55,352 bases of DNA, filler included, from Squatina squatina (GCA_031763465.1; 3 parts of 3 records of this genome joined end to end with filler, not necessarily neighbours in it); one strand, 5' to 3'; positions 39,051-51,761 are shown, numbered from the whole stretch's first letter. Numbers and translations are program-made. The notes: generated by a model not told the origin, from the sequence alone.

Positions 39051-39230
39051 TGCTGATCCTCGGTTGGTTTATCACTTCCACTCTTTAAAGACATTTGACT
39101 TTCACTGAATTTGCTAACAGTATCGAAATCTTGTACACTCAGAAGAAAACTCTATAAAATAAAATCAGACACAGTCATCTTCAGCGCGTCACCTTATATG
39201 GATAGGAGAAAAAGGTAAATAGATAGATAA

Positions 39231-39285
39231 ACGGTGACGTGGTTGCAAAGTGGCCAAGTTTGGGAACTAAATATTCCATGATACT
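39231..39285 (+). mobile_element. CR1 endonuclease-domain micro-fragment
   Basis: Translates TVTWLQSGQVWELNIP*Y, resembling the CR1 APE motif TETWL....W.LNIPGY. It is cut off by a MITE starting TTA|GGGGGCCCAATT at 39288. Confidence 0.65.
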
Positions 39286-39418
39286 TAGGGGGCCCAATTG
39301 GAAAGCACCAAAATCGGGAGCTGCATTCAGGGCCCCATAGCCACAGGGGTGTTGCGCTGGCAGCGAGGGTCGCTNNNNNNNNNNNNNNNNNNNNNNNNNN
39401 NNNNNNNNNNNNNNNNNN

Positions 39419-39430
39419 TTAATTAATTAA
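39419..39430. other. Synthetic scaffolding linker TTAATTAATTAA within a gap
   Basis: Same 44N-12-44N structure as at 15366. Confidence 0.95.
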
Positions 39431-39474
39431 NNNNNNNNNNNNNNNNNNNNNNNNNNNNNNNNNNNNNNNNNNNN

Positions 39475-39633
39475 CATGGTCACCATTACTGACACTAGCT
39501 TTTTTATTCCAGATTATTTAATTAACTGAATTTAAATTCCACAGCTGCCATTGTGGGATTTGAACTCATGTCTCTGGACAAATAACTCTGGGTTACTGGT
39601 CCTGCAGCTTAACCACTATGCTACCAAGTTCCC
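39475..39633 (-). mobile_element. 5' part of tRNA-derived SINE (same family as 47356)
   Basis: The reverse complement has A box tagcatagtgg, B box gagttcaaatcc and tgtggaatttaaattcagttaattaaataatctggaataaaaaa, essentially identical to 47430-47513. Confidence 0.85.
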
Positions 39634-40119
39634 TCATTATAATGTTGCCATTTGGGGGGATGCAGGGGAGCATGGCCAATGAAAAACATAGAAGTACAGT
39701 ACAAAGTGCACGTTAACTGTTTTATTGGTCATTAATAGTATACACCAACCATGGATTTGGTGTCCAAACTTATTCCCCATCTAACAAAATAACAAAATGC
39801 TGATTCAGACAGATCAAGAGGTGAGATAAGGGATTTTGATTAGAAACAGTTATTGAAAAACTGTATTCCAGACCAGGGATATTCGGGTGGAGGGGGTTTT
39901 TGTGACTAAATGCCATGGCAATCCTTCCCTTCAACTTTGAACAATTGGTCATTAAGGCTAATTGTGGGTGTTTTTGCAACTGTTTCTGGCAAAGCCCACT
40001 GTAAGGAATAAGTGGCAAACAGAAATACTCAATTTTACCGTTCTGAGTTAATCTGCAAGTATCAACATTTTGCCCAAAATGGTAGCAGATCCTTCCACCC
40101 CCCCACCCCCCCCCTCATA

Positions 40120-40440
40120 ACTTTTCTCCCTTTGTCTCCTGAAAGTGCTAACTCATGCTAGCCTGGTTCTAGGAATGCCAGCCACTCTTTGCCCTTTGGT
40201 ACCTCATCCAAAAGGCCATTCATCTCATCAGAGTTGGGAGACTGTTCCAGCACGGAGATGGGGGTTACAATTGAACCCAATCCTGGCCACTGTTGTGGGA
40301 AGGGCCACCTAAATATGGTAAGGATCAGGAACCCTAGCTGATTTACCCCATCTTAGCCCAGGGTCATTGAGGCTAATTGTGGGTGTTGCAAGTGCAATTA
40401 CAGCTAATGTCCCTTAATTCAGTACAGACTTAGATCTTTT
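40120..40440 (-). mobile_element. Diverged SINE-like repeat (family of 36490)
   Basis: Shares gtacctca..ca, caatcct.gcc, gatcagga and gagg/accaatt blocks with the reverse complement of 36490-36830. Confidence 0.5.
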
Positions 40441-40465
40441 GGGTTGTACAGCTAAGGTACACACT

Positions 40466-41204
40466 GGGGATGAATTTGCGATCCCATCGGGTCCCTCTGT
40501 GTGCGTATGAGGTTCGCACACACCCGCAGGGACCCCGCAAGTTCCAGTTCAAGGGCTGCACTGCGCATGCCACTAAATCCAGAACCTGCAATCTGTCAAG
40601 ATTTGTCTTGACAGATCATCCACTTGGACAGCAAAAGAGCTTTCCTGGGCGGAGAGTTGCGCTATTTGCCCAACACTTGCACATAGAAAGCTCTTTAATT
40701 TCTTATGCATGGTAAAAGCAAGCATACAGAATTACTTTTACCAGCGTAAGAGTTTAAAAAAATATAAAAATAAATAAAATTACTGGAACATTCTTTAAAA
40801 ACCATGTCCATTAAGGTAAGTATATTTTTATACAGTTTAAAAGATATTTTTAAAAAGTCAATTTTTTTTATTAGTTATCTATTTTATTACATTTTAATGT
40901 TTGAGTAGTTTTTAAAATGTACTTTTATGTGATTGTGAGGTTTTATTATCTCCCATTCATACTTCTACAAATCTCCGTAAATGACAAGAGATCTGCGGAG
41001 GTATGAATGGGAGATACTCCTACCTGATTGGTTGGGGCCTCCCACGTGATCTCACCAGTGTATGTGAACCGCATACGCTGGAGAGATCCCTGGGCCGCTG
41101 TGCCTGCCTACCTCTGGAGGCCCAGGAATGCCGGTAAATTTGTGAGGATCTTTCCGGTTGGAGGCCTGAGTCCGCGGGAAGGCTCCGACCGGAATTTCAG
41201 CCGC
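40466..41204. mobile_element. Complete approximately 740-bp Harbinger-like MITE with a 3-bp TSD and multiple internal hairpins
   Basis: TIRs GGGGATGAATTT and AATTTCAGCCGC (9/12 match), with ACT on both flanks (40463-65, 41205-07). GC-rich arms surround an AT-rich centre. Confidence 0.75.
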
Positions 41205-44200
41205 ACTGTCTTTGCCAACTGAACTGATGGGGGAATGTTGGGAAGGGGAGTGAAAGGTGAGCAAGAAAGCATTGTGTGTAATCTTAAAGTGAAGTACATA
41301 TATGTATTTGATGTCTCTAAGAAACTTCTTGTTGCCCTTTTTTTCCCTTTCGTTGGGAATTTTGCAAGTATATGCTGACAATTTGGTCATGGTATAATGC
41401 TGTTCATGTCATGATATGCAAGTACATGCAGCACTCCCTAGTCTATTGCTACAGCCTATGCAAAATGCCTCTGACGAGCAATACAGGAAAGCAACCAGGA
41501 TAGATGGAAAGACATGGAAGTATGCAAATGTATTCCTACACACCATTGATGGATTACAGACAGTTGGAATCAATGTCTGCCTGTAACTAACAACTGTGAA
41601 GTTTTCTATGAATTGTTATTACAATAGATATTGTAGTGTATAATACAGTGACATTAGCTTTGCACATTCGTTGCTGAGTGATTCTGAGGTAATTTTATGA
41701 ATTGTTACTCGATTGTTGGAATTGGAATTTAAAACTGTTGAACTTGAGATTAGCGGAACTTTTGTGAACTGGACAATGGCTGCCCCAATGATCACTATTT
41801 ATTCCCAGTAAAATGTTCAAATCATGGAAGACACAAACAAATACTTTATTTACCTTTTTGCCAAACTGTCACTCGGGTTGAAAATACAAACCTGAAGTCA
41901 ATAAAAGCAAAAATCTAGCAGTGTGTAAAACGGACGGCCGATCTGCTGCTGCTCGTTTTCTGCCTGGCAGTAAAAGTGAAAATTCAACACTCCAGTTTCT
42001 CCAGTTTCTTCTCATAATTTGTACCCCTGACATTGGGGAATTGCCCTCTTGGCTCTTCTCTGTACTGTTTCCTGTGATTGAATGCCTCTCTTGTTTCTTG
42101 ATGACTAGAATTAAAAGCAGTATTCAAGCTGTGGTCTGACGAGAGCATTATGGAATTTGATCANNNNNNNNNNNNNNNNNNNNNNNNNNNNNNNNNNNNN
42201 NNNNNNNNNNNNNNNNNNNNNNNNNNNNNNNNNNNNNNNNNNNNNNNNNNNNNNNNNNNNNNNAGGCCGTGGTGTGCAGTGGCAGACTCAGCATGGCTCC
42301 AATAAGTTCACTGTGGGGATGAGGCATTAATGAAATATGCATTTATGAGCGACAAACTTAAGTGAAACAGACTGCACCTCATTTGTTCTCCTTTCAATTA
42401 GCTCTTGAAACTATGCAAAATGAATTAATTTCACAGATAATTTGCAATACCTGCATGAGGGAATGCAGTCAGACATTTAATCATGACTCAACGCATTCAC
42501 CTTTGTAAAGTTACAAAAATGTATCGCGAGTTTTAGGAGCACACAACTAAACTGCTTGTGTAATTTAACATGGAACAACTGTAGACGTTTCTATATCATC
42601 CATCAGGAGTGGACACTTTATTTCCTGCTTTTGAACAGACTGGGAGCACTGGGTGGCACTGTGCTGGAGGACACTGTCCTTTTGAATATAGCACAAATCA
42701 GGTATCCAGAGTAACTGGTGTAACTTGCACTAGACGTTGGGTACTGCCAAGTAAGAGAACAGAGCTGCCCTATTTACACTGCAGTTACATTGATGCAGCT
42801 CCAATCAGCAGTAACATCACAGCAGACAGAGAACAGCTCAGATGCTGGGTTTTTGTATTGTGATCCAATTTGCCAACATCACCTAGTTAGCATCTGTGTT
42901 GCCAAGGTCTGTTGGGACAGTCATTCTGGTATAATATCAGCCTGAGATTTACATTATTCACATTCTGCAGTTACACCAGGGATTCAATCTATAACTTTGA
43001 AGTATGTATTCAATGATGCTTTTATATTGATGGCTGTGTTTATACAGCAAACGGCACTGCAGAGTTGAATCTGTGCCAGCTTTATCTCTGAATAAAGCAT
43101 GCAGTGTAAACAGGACCTCTGATGGCTGCTAAAGGACTTTAATACCTCCTTTATAGTTGCAAAAGGTTGGATTTGTCCCAGAATAGTTCTTAGTTTGCTG
43201 CTATAATCAGGTCCAACTACCCGAATTCCAGACCAGCGTAAGGCCAAAGGGATTCAACTTGGAAGATCAGTGCACATGTGTAGATTTTTTTAACCCTTGG
43301 GGTACCACAAGATATCTCACTTAAGTAGTACTGGGATGTCAATGAAACTATTTGTTGAATTGCTGGTCTGCCCAATACTGCATTCAAAACACATCACTCT
43401 GATTACACAATCAAGTCAAATTACAATGTCTTGAGCCTTGATTGGCTGACAAACCAGGCTTTGGAGCCAGTTTTCAACCAATTAAGATCAATATTAGAAG
43501 GTGTTCATTTTAGTTCCAGGATGGGATTGCAATAGTAAAGGATAGAAGTAGAGTCTCTGCTTTGGGTGCCATCAGCAATCCAGGTGAAAGTTGCACCCAA
43601 AATTGCACCCATTTTGGGAAGTGCATTACCCCCACCCCTTGAGCTTCTGCTTAAACTCATTTGCTTATTGGCAAATGNNNNNNNNNNNNNNNNNNNNNNN
43701 NNNNNNNNNNNNNNNNNNNNNNNNNNNNNNNNNNNNNNNNNNNNNNNNNNNNNNNNNNNNNNNNNNNNNNNNNNNNNAGGAACCTTGGGGAATTCAGGTT
43801 CCACTTCTTTGTCGTGGGCTGTTTACACTTTAGGTAGAGAATTTGAAGGCACTACGTGTACCATCATGTGACATGCAACACAAATATCAGAAGTCATTCA
43901 TTAATGTGGTGTGGAATAGGTACTAGAAACAACACTTCTTCCAGGGGCGTTCAGCTGAAAGTAAAGGAAGACTTCCAGCATAAGGAAATGGTAAAGGATT
44001 TGAAGGAGTTTTATACCTCCTGCACATTGCTGGTTAATTGCAGATGTTGTTCAAAGGTGTTACATCTGGGAAACAGGCTTTTTACAGTTACTAGTTAAAA
44101 GGCATGACTGCCTCCTGTTTTTTATGATGGCCTGGAGAGGTAATTTAACTTCTTCTAATATTGAATAACCATATGGAAGTTGTTGGAAGTGGTATTCACT

Positions 44201-44819
44201 ACCAAGATCACATTTTTCTGTGGGGCCTGGATCATGTACATCTTTCTCTCAGACCAAAAATGCTGCCTCCTTTGCTGGATTATAGGCAGTAACATCTCAA
44301 CTAAGGAATCTATAACTCTGTGGGCTTTGTGCCCTGAAAAAGCATAATCTTCAGATATTACAGGAAGCCAGATTGTTACTGACACGAAATGGCTGCTTTG
44401 GCCCTTTCAGCTGCTGCTGTGACAGTGGACTTGCCTCCCTCTCGAGGCAAATTCCCTATAGAGACCGGCAACATAACTGAGAGACCATGAATATTGAAAG
44501 CGTACTGAGAAAAATTTGTCTGATTCTCAGCCGAATAACACTGATGGATGGAAGTGCAGTTTCAGTATTATTTCGGCAATAAACTAGCCAAGGAGGAAAG
44601 CCTAAATCACAGTGTTTTTTTTTCAAAACCTGTATTTGCAAAGCTCAGCATTTATCACTGAATTTTCATTTTAATGGTGCTTTGCACCAGTGTTTATTGT
44701 TAACATTTGTCAGTCACATGGCACACTTGCTGCCTGCATTAATTGTCAGCATGTCAGACAGCTTCACGTGGAATAAAAATAAGAACATTTGCAGCAAGTT
44801 ATTTTTAAAAGGGGTCCAA

Positions 44820-44955
44820 GGAAAAAAGCAGACAGAACTGGATTGATGATACAAAAACAGAACATGCTAGAAACACATAGAAGATCAGGCAGCTTCCACG
44901 GAGAAAGGAAAGAAGTTAAAGTTACAGGAATAACTCTTCATCAGAACTGGAAGAT
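44820..44955 (-). mobile_element. Penelope-like terminal repeat with a decayed hammerhead core
   Basis: The reverse complement reads ccagttCTGATGAagagttattcctGTAActttaac...gctgcctgatc...ttctagcatgttctgttttt. Confidence 0.55.
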
Positions 44956-44989
44956 ATTAGAGATGAACGGTTTATAAGAAGGAACACCA

Positions 44990-45168
44990 GTAACAAATTG
45001 CATTTAGAAAGCATCTTTAACAAAGTGGCACAAAGCCAAGGAAGAAGACATTAATGCGGGTGGTCAAATGCTTGGTCAAAGTAGTAAGTTTTAAGCAGTG
45101 TCTTAAAGGAGGAGAGAGAGGTGAAGAGGTTAGGGGAGGGAATTCCAGAGCTCAGGGTTTAGACGGCT
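44990..45168 (-). mobile_element. L2-type LINE 3' end
   Basis: ggtcaaa...gttttaagcagtgtcttaaaggaggagagagagg...gggagggaattccagagc; a similar copy lies at about 50370-50570. Confidence 0.65.
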
Positions 45169-46806
45169 NNNNNNNNNNNNNNNNNNNNNNNNNNNNNNNN
45201 NNNNNNNNNNNNNNNNNNNNNNNNNNNNNNNNNNNNNNNNNNNNNNNNNNNNNNNNNNNNNNNNNNNNTTCAACATACAGGTTTTTTTTTTCAAAGTCCG
45301 AATGTAGGCAAATGCCTTTATTTTTATCAAGGGTAAAATTTTTTACTGTTCAGTGTGTCATTTGTCTCCGGCTACAAGGAAATTTCTCCTGGTTTGCCAC
45401 CGAGCAACACTTTTTAATGAAGCATTTCATATCCTCATCTGTCGATATCACTCCACATCAGCACTTGGTGCATGGTTGCCAGCTGAAATCCCAGTACATG
45501 AAGCCATTTCATTTAAGAAGCTGTCTGTCACTCGTGCTATCAGTGGATAAGTTAAGCATTAGGGTGGACAAAATTAATCTTCAGTTACGTGTCATGAGAG
45601 GTTGAGGAAAGCAGTAAGGGACTCAAAGTCTAGCAGTATGCTGTATCCAGTGAACAATAATGCAAAACTGTTGACTGTTTAATTGGCACATGTGCAAAAA
45701 TGGTCACACTGAATTTATATTGGATTGAACACTTGCATGTCATGCTTCTGTTTCTGAAATAGGACAAACCTGAACAGCCTGTGCATAAGCAGTGAGAGGT
45801 GAGACTGAAACCCAGCGTAAAACATTTTAGTTCCATCCCAATTATTCACCAGAACTTTAACTGGATATGGCCATGGCTGACAAATCACCTCATTTCACAG
45901 CTTCTTATCTGATTTATATTTAATCTCCTCTTGTCGAATAAACTATCATTATTTTGTTTGTGCTGGTCTTCCTTATTCAATTGTACATATAAGGCCAAAA
46001 TTAGGGGACTTCTGATAATCTAATTTTGATTATCTAGCGGGGATCCCTCCTTTACGATGGATAATTGAAGTTCCACTGAAGTACCATTTGTGCCAGCGAC
46101 AAATAAGGGCTAAAAATGATTATAAACAGGTTCCTATCTCTGCTTGATGTTTGGCCAATAAAAAAATACAATATTGATGGCATATCTTGGCATTCATAAT
46201 TGCTTTTTGATCTATGTCCAATGCCTTATTACACCACCACCAACTATGTATATCTCTTCCATGATGTTGCTCATGTTGAGTTGGAAGTACCACTAAGTGT
46301 TTAGGCTTAACCTGGTTATTCTTGAGCGCTCATTCCCAACAAATCAGAGTATGGCCGAGAAATTCAGTTGCACAGCGCAAGTATTTTGGACGAGTAACGG
46401 GCGCGTAAGTGTCCAATCTGGGTTGCGCATACTCAGTCTGCGCCAGAAGGGCACTGTGTGTCATATTGGTTCGGGCGCCTTGTAGTCTTCCAGGATTCCC
46501 TCCTGAAACAATCATTTGGCTTATTGCCTACACAGATGGTAGTGGTGGGGGAGGAGAGAGGGGATGGGGAAATGTCTAATGTCTGCTTTGGGCCTCATTC
46601 CCAAATTGGGCTGTGATGGAGTGGTACATGTAGAGTGCACGCTGCAGTCATTTTTCTGGTATTAGTTAAGGTGTCCATGAAGCTGTATGATTCTGGTTCA
46701 CTAATGNNNNNNNNNNNNNNNNNNNNNNNNNNNNNNNNNNNNNNNNNNNNNNNNNNNNNNNNNNNNNNNNNNNNNNNNNNNNNNNNNNNNNNNNNNNNNN
46801 NNNNNN

Positions 46807-47355
46807 GCGGATTCCTGTCCTGATTCAGAGCAGGTATTCACATCTTGATACAGTGGGGATTCCCGTCCTGATACAGTGCGGAGTCCCATCCCGATACAGT
46901 GCAGCATCACTCTGGATACAGTGTGGATTCCCATCCTGGGACAGTGCAAATTTCCACCAGACACAGTGCGGATTCCCGTCATGATACAGTACTGATTCCC
47001 ATCCGGATACAGTGCAGATTCGCATCCTGATAGAGTGGGGATTCACATCCTGGAACAGTGCAAATTCCCACCAGATACAATGTGGATTCCCGTCCAGACA
47101 CAATGCAAATTCTCATCCTGATATAGTGCGGATTCACAACCTGTGACAGCGATGGTTCCCATCCTGATACAGTGCTGATTCCCATCCTGATACAGTGCAG
47201 ATTCCCATCCTGGGACAGCGGGGGTTCCCATCCTGATACAGTGCTGATTCGCATCCTGGGACAGTGGGGGTTCCCATCCTGATAAAGTGCAGATTCCCAT
47301 CCTGATACAGTGTAGATTCCCGTCCTGATACAGTGCAGATTCCCGTCATGACACA
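46807..47355 (+). repeat. 23-bp minisatellite, about 24 diverged copies
   Basis: Consensus GATACAGTGCAGATTCCCATCCT repeated head-to-tail without spacers; starts at a gap. Confidence 0.95.
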
Positions 47356-47807
47356 GGGGACTTGGTAGCGTAGTGGTTTGGTTATGGGAATAGTAATCCA
47401 GGGACTTGGAGAATGCTCTGGAGACGTGAGTTCAAATCCCACCACGGCAACTGTGGAATTTAAATTCAGTTAATTAAATAATCTGGAATAAAAAAACTAG
47501 TGTCAGTAATGGTATAATTATTGGATTGTCATAAAAACCCATCTGGTTCACTAATGCCCTTTAGGGAAAGGAATCTGCCATCCTTACCTGGTCTGGCTTG
47601 TATGTGACTCCAGACCCACAGCAATGTGGTTGACTCTTATCTGCCCTCTGAAATGGCATAGCAAGCCACTCAGTTGTAAACAACCGCAAAGAAAAGTCAC
47701 CACAAGGACTGCAGCGGTTCAAGAAGATCACCACCTTCTCAGGCCAATGGGCCATAAATGCTGGCCTTGCCAGCGACACTCGCATCACAGGAATGAATTT
47801 AAAAAAA
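47356..47807 (+). mobile_element. Full-length tRNA-derived SINE with a LINE-derived 3' tail
   Basis: A box TAGCGTAGTGG (47366), B box GTTCAAATCC (47430), and tail ctgcagcggttcaagaag...caccaccttctca...ataaatgctggccttgccagcga ending in an A-rich run. Confidence 0.85.
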
Positions 47808-48124
47808 TACAATGTAATGGAAATACGGGAGAGGGCTGAAAGAGCAGTTAGAAATAAAAAAATTTAGTCGTATTCTTTGAAAGCAGGAAGGAAAAATGCA
47901 AGACAGAGGGATTTCCAGAGGGCAGAGGAATAGTAGGCAAATGGTAGTGAAGTGAATGGGTAATAAATATAGCAGTGTCAGTGAAGTGAAAGGTATCAGG
48001 AGAGGCATAAGGCTAAAGGAGGTCACTGAGGTAGGGTGAAGCAAGGAAATGAACGATAATGATCTTAAAACTGATTGAAAACCTGGATCATGTTCTTCCC
48101 TCTGTTTTATTTTCTCCTGACAAA

Positions 48125-48330
48125 CATTTATTCCTCAACCAACACCACCAAAATCACAGATTAACTGGTCATTCATCTCAGTGCTGTTTGTGGTACCTTG
48201 CTGTGCCCAAAATAGCTGCTGTGTTAGACTGCATAACCGCAATGACTATACTTCAAGTAATTAATTGTATGAGAAGCATTTTGGGAAGTTTCTGAGAGAC
48301 AAGATAAGGCTCTCTATGAATTCAAATTCT
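48125..48330 (+). mobile_element. Diverged DeuSINE 3' half
   Basis: atttattcctcaaccaaca...ctggtcatt...gctgtttgtgg.accttgctgtg...atgacta.acttcaa matches the reverse complement of 18938-19070 and continues through the tail. Confidence 0.7.
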
Positions 48331-50369
48331 GTTTTCTCCTGTTTTGTTCACAGATATTTCTGGTGCAAACCAGTGTTTTGAAGCCCCATTGTAAGTCTGA
48401 CATTGTGGCTAGGATTGCCAGCAACTTGTATTGAATAATTAGTTCATTTTTTGACTGAAGTATTATTCGTGGACAGTGGAAAATATCTTGAGACAGTCCT
48501 AGGAAATTAATCCTCTCAAGACAGTCATTTTCTTTTTTTTTTGGAAAAGGAGGTGAAAAACATAATGTCGGCTGAAATGTCTCTCATTCTGTGATATTAA
48601 CTTACTTTGACATTTGGTAGACATCTGGCGTTGGACGCGATGTGTAATAATATCAGGAGGCACAATAGGTATTGTATGAGAGTCGACAGGTTTTCAATGC
48701 AGCTGAAGTTAAACAGGCATGGCAGTAGTTGTTGATTACATGGGCTGTGACATCTTGTCAGAGCACCTGCCACTGTGATGTTGCATCGAAAAAATCAGCC
48801 AAGCATGAAGCTGGACAAGTGCGGAAGAAGCGGGTGGAGCTGCGTTTGTCCATTAGCTCACTGAAATAGTACCCGCGTCTCTCAATGCTTAGTAATGACT
48901 TACTTAGGATATTTCTTTGACTATTTTAGAGAAGGCATTTTGACATCATACTGTGAGCCAAGTATTATCAGTAACGATTCTAAGCTTTATTATTTTCTTT
49001 TTAACAGTCATGATTTTACACTGAATGCTGATAGCATAATTCGTGCAGGTCTGCCAACGTTTGTTGAGGAAGGACGGAGTTAGCTGTTTGCCATAATCTG
49101 ATCTTTCGTGTTACTTTCTCTGATAATGAAACTGCACGTAAAGACCTTTAAAAATATATATTTTTTTCATTTTAATCCATGCTTTTGGTAGCTGTTTTGC
49201 ATTTTAGAAATGTCTGGACAGCAGACTGAAAGAATAGATTGCCAAGTCCAAAACCAGATGTGTGGCAAGTCTACATTGGCAAAACTGGAGGTTTTTGAAC
49301 CCAAAAGAACAAGATGGTTGAAATAACATGGCAGGATGACTGAAGCCCCTGCACTATTGATGAATCCATCAAAGGTTACCTCTGTGAATTATGTTCAGTA
49401 AAATCATAAGTATATTCTTTTGAAGCAAATTTATGATTTTGCGACATAATGTACAGAGGAAATTAAGACACTTGGGCTGTGAAACTGGGAGGTGTAGCAC
49501 TGGCCGTTAAGGCCAGCTGCCTCACTTCTGGCGTGGAACGTGGCGGCCACCATTTTGGGGAGGTCAGCAGGGCTGCTGTTGCCTGCACTCACCGCCCACA
49601 ATTAAATTATGCATATCGTGATGTCAATCATGTGCAACATCTGAATTGACACACAACTGTGATTTTGGGCTCCTGATCTACGGACACCCGGTGCGGAGGG
49701 GAGAAGGGCGGTCGGAGGCTCTNNNNNNNNNNNNNNNNNNNNNNNNNNNNNNNNNNNNNNNNNNNNNNNNNNNNNNNNNNNNNNNNNNNNNNNNNNNNNN
49801 NNNNNNNNNNNNNNNNNNNNNNGCAAATGCCATATTGTACATCTTCTCCAATACTTCTCAATCAGTTTGCTAAATTTCCTCTCACCATGGACTCTCTGCT
49901 TTGCGCATTGCTGCAAACTGTTATGTAAAGTAAATAAATTCAGAGGAAACTTTTTTTCTACTTGGCAGTGCTACAAGATATTGAATCCTACCTTTGTAAA
50001 TTATAAAATATACTGCATTTTGGCTCTGAAAATTAATATTAATTCCTAACTTTAAAATATACTTTCATAAGGTGTTGGTATTCATTACACAACCTTTTAG
50101 ATCTGCCGAGTTGTGGCACTTGCCCTTCAGAGTATATTTTTCAAAATTCTGACTACATGCAGTGGCTTTTAATAAAACATTTTTATTTTTAAAGATTGAT
50201 GGGCCAAATAGTGGGTTTTTGTGCTCTAACATTCTATGCAGCTTTGCTGATTCTGCAGTAGAAGAGCTAAGCATTCTGCAGGTAAAAACGTGATAGTAAC
50301 AGGAATCTTAAAGGGAAATGGTGCACAGATATTCACAAGAGCCTTCTGAATTATTGGCACCCAGGTAAT

Positions 50370-50575
50370 GACAACAGCAACTTGCATTTATGTAGCCTTT
50401 TTACCACAGGAAAACATCCTAAGGAGCTTGCGCTCTTAGACAAAAACTGACATCAAGCTTCAGAAACAGATATTAGGACTGTTGATTAAAAGCTTGGTCA
50501 GAAAGCTTGGTTTTAAGGAGGGTTTTAAAGGCAGAGAGCAGAGTGGTTTAAGGAAGGGCATAAGACAGCTGAAGG
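50370..50575 (-). mobile_element. L2-type LINE 3' end
   Basis: caacttgcatttatgtagcctttt...aaaagcttggtca....ggttttaaggagggttttaaagg, similar to 44990-45168. Confidence 0.6.
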
Positions 50576-51418
50576 GAGTGGGGGATGAAGTGTGTAAAGC
50601 TGTATAATGCAGCAAAAGCATTTCTTTACTGGCAATAATCTTCGCATAAAATGAAAAATTGTAATCCTATTCTGAACGGGTATGTGGAGAAATGGTAATA
50701 ATACTCAGGCAGAATCAGTAAGTGCAAAATGACCAATTTTTGTGTTAGAGTAAGCATTGCATTTGTCAGAGCTTTACTCACATAACCTTGTAAGATGAAG
50801 CACAAGCATTTGGAAGCAGCTTTGTTCCCACTTTTCTGATCTGGGAATGCCTTTAGTTCAAGCCATGTTTTAAGTTCTTATTTAATAGCAATATTGTCCC
50901 CTGAGCAGTGGGAAATATTCTCTGCTCTTAGTTGTTGAATGAAACAAATATCTAGAAATGTTTACCGTGCTCTGTTGGCTTCCTATTATTAGAGTTATCA
51001 ACGTTATATCAATATAGCTGGCATTAATTAATGAGATATTATACATTAATATTAGACAACAAAATTCGCATTATCTTTGTACAAGTGTAAAATTGATTAA
51101 AAATTTTGCCAGAAAGTTCAGCCATTTTACTTATTGCCATCATTGAGGTGAAAGAGACATCTCTTGTTGGACCAAACATTAATCCCTTCACAACTTGTTC
51201 ATAATATAGTTTCTGGGAGGACAATCAAGAACCAGAATTAAAATCATCCCTGGAGATGCCCACAAGCTATAGAGAAGAAGGCGATGAATGCAATTGTAGA
51301 TATGGGTATAGTTCATTGAATTTGGTATTATCTTCTCTCAATGGTCTAACAATGGTCTTGTGTCTTACAGACTGGACATTTTTTGCTATACTCTGTCCCC
51401 ACAGAGGCAAAGCCTAAG

Positions 51419-51661
51419 AGGGGAAGTTTAACCTCCCAAAAATGGGTGGGGGCTTAAAGAGTTAAAAATCTGAATCTCAACCCCAAACCGCCTCCAACAT
51501 GCCCACCTCCAGTTTTAACGGACACCAGGCAGCCAACTTGCTTCCAAGAGGCGGGTCGCCAATTTAAATATTATAATGAGGCTCCATGCCTCATGGTGAT
51601 CCACCATTTCAAATTTAACTGTGTGCGGGTGGGTTTCCCTGACCTCGAGGAACCTACCAAC
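51419..51661. mobile_element. Harbinger-like element end truncated by a gap
   Basis: Begins aggggaagtttaacc, with a GC-rich subterminal region similar in style to 32681 and 49474. Confidence 0.45.
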
Positions 51662-51761
51662 NNNNNNNNNNNNNNNNNNNNNNNNNNNNNNNNNNNNNNN
51701 NNNNNNNNNNNNNNNNNNNNNNNNNNNNNNNNNNNNNNNNNNNNNNNNNNNNNNNNNNNNN

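Noticed and set aside
46807-47355. CRISPR-like array or repetitive Cys-rich protein
   Set aside because: Units are contiguous with no unique spacers and no cas genes. The 23-bp period is not a multiple of 3, so the ORFs are by-products.
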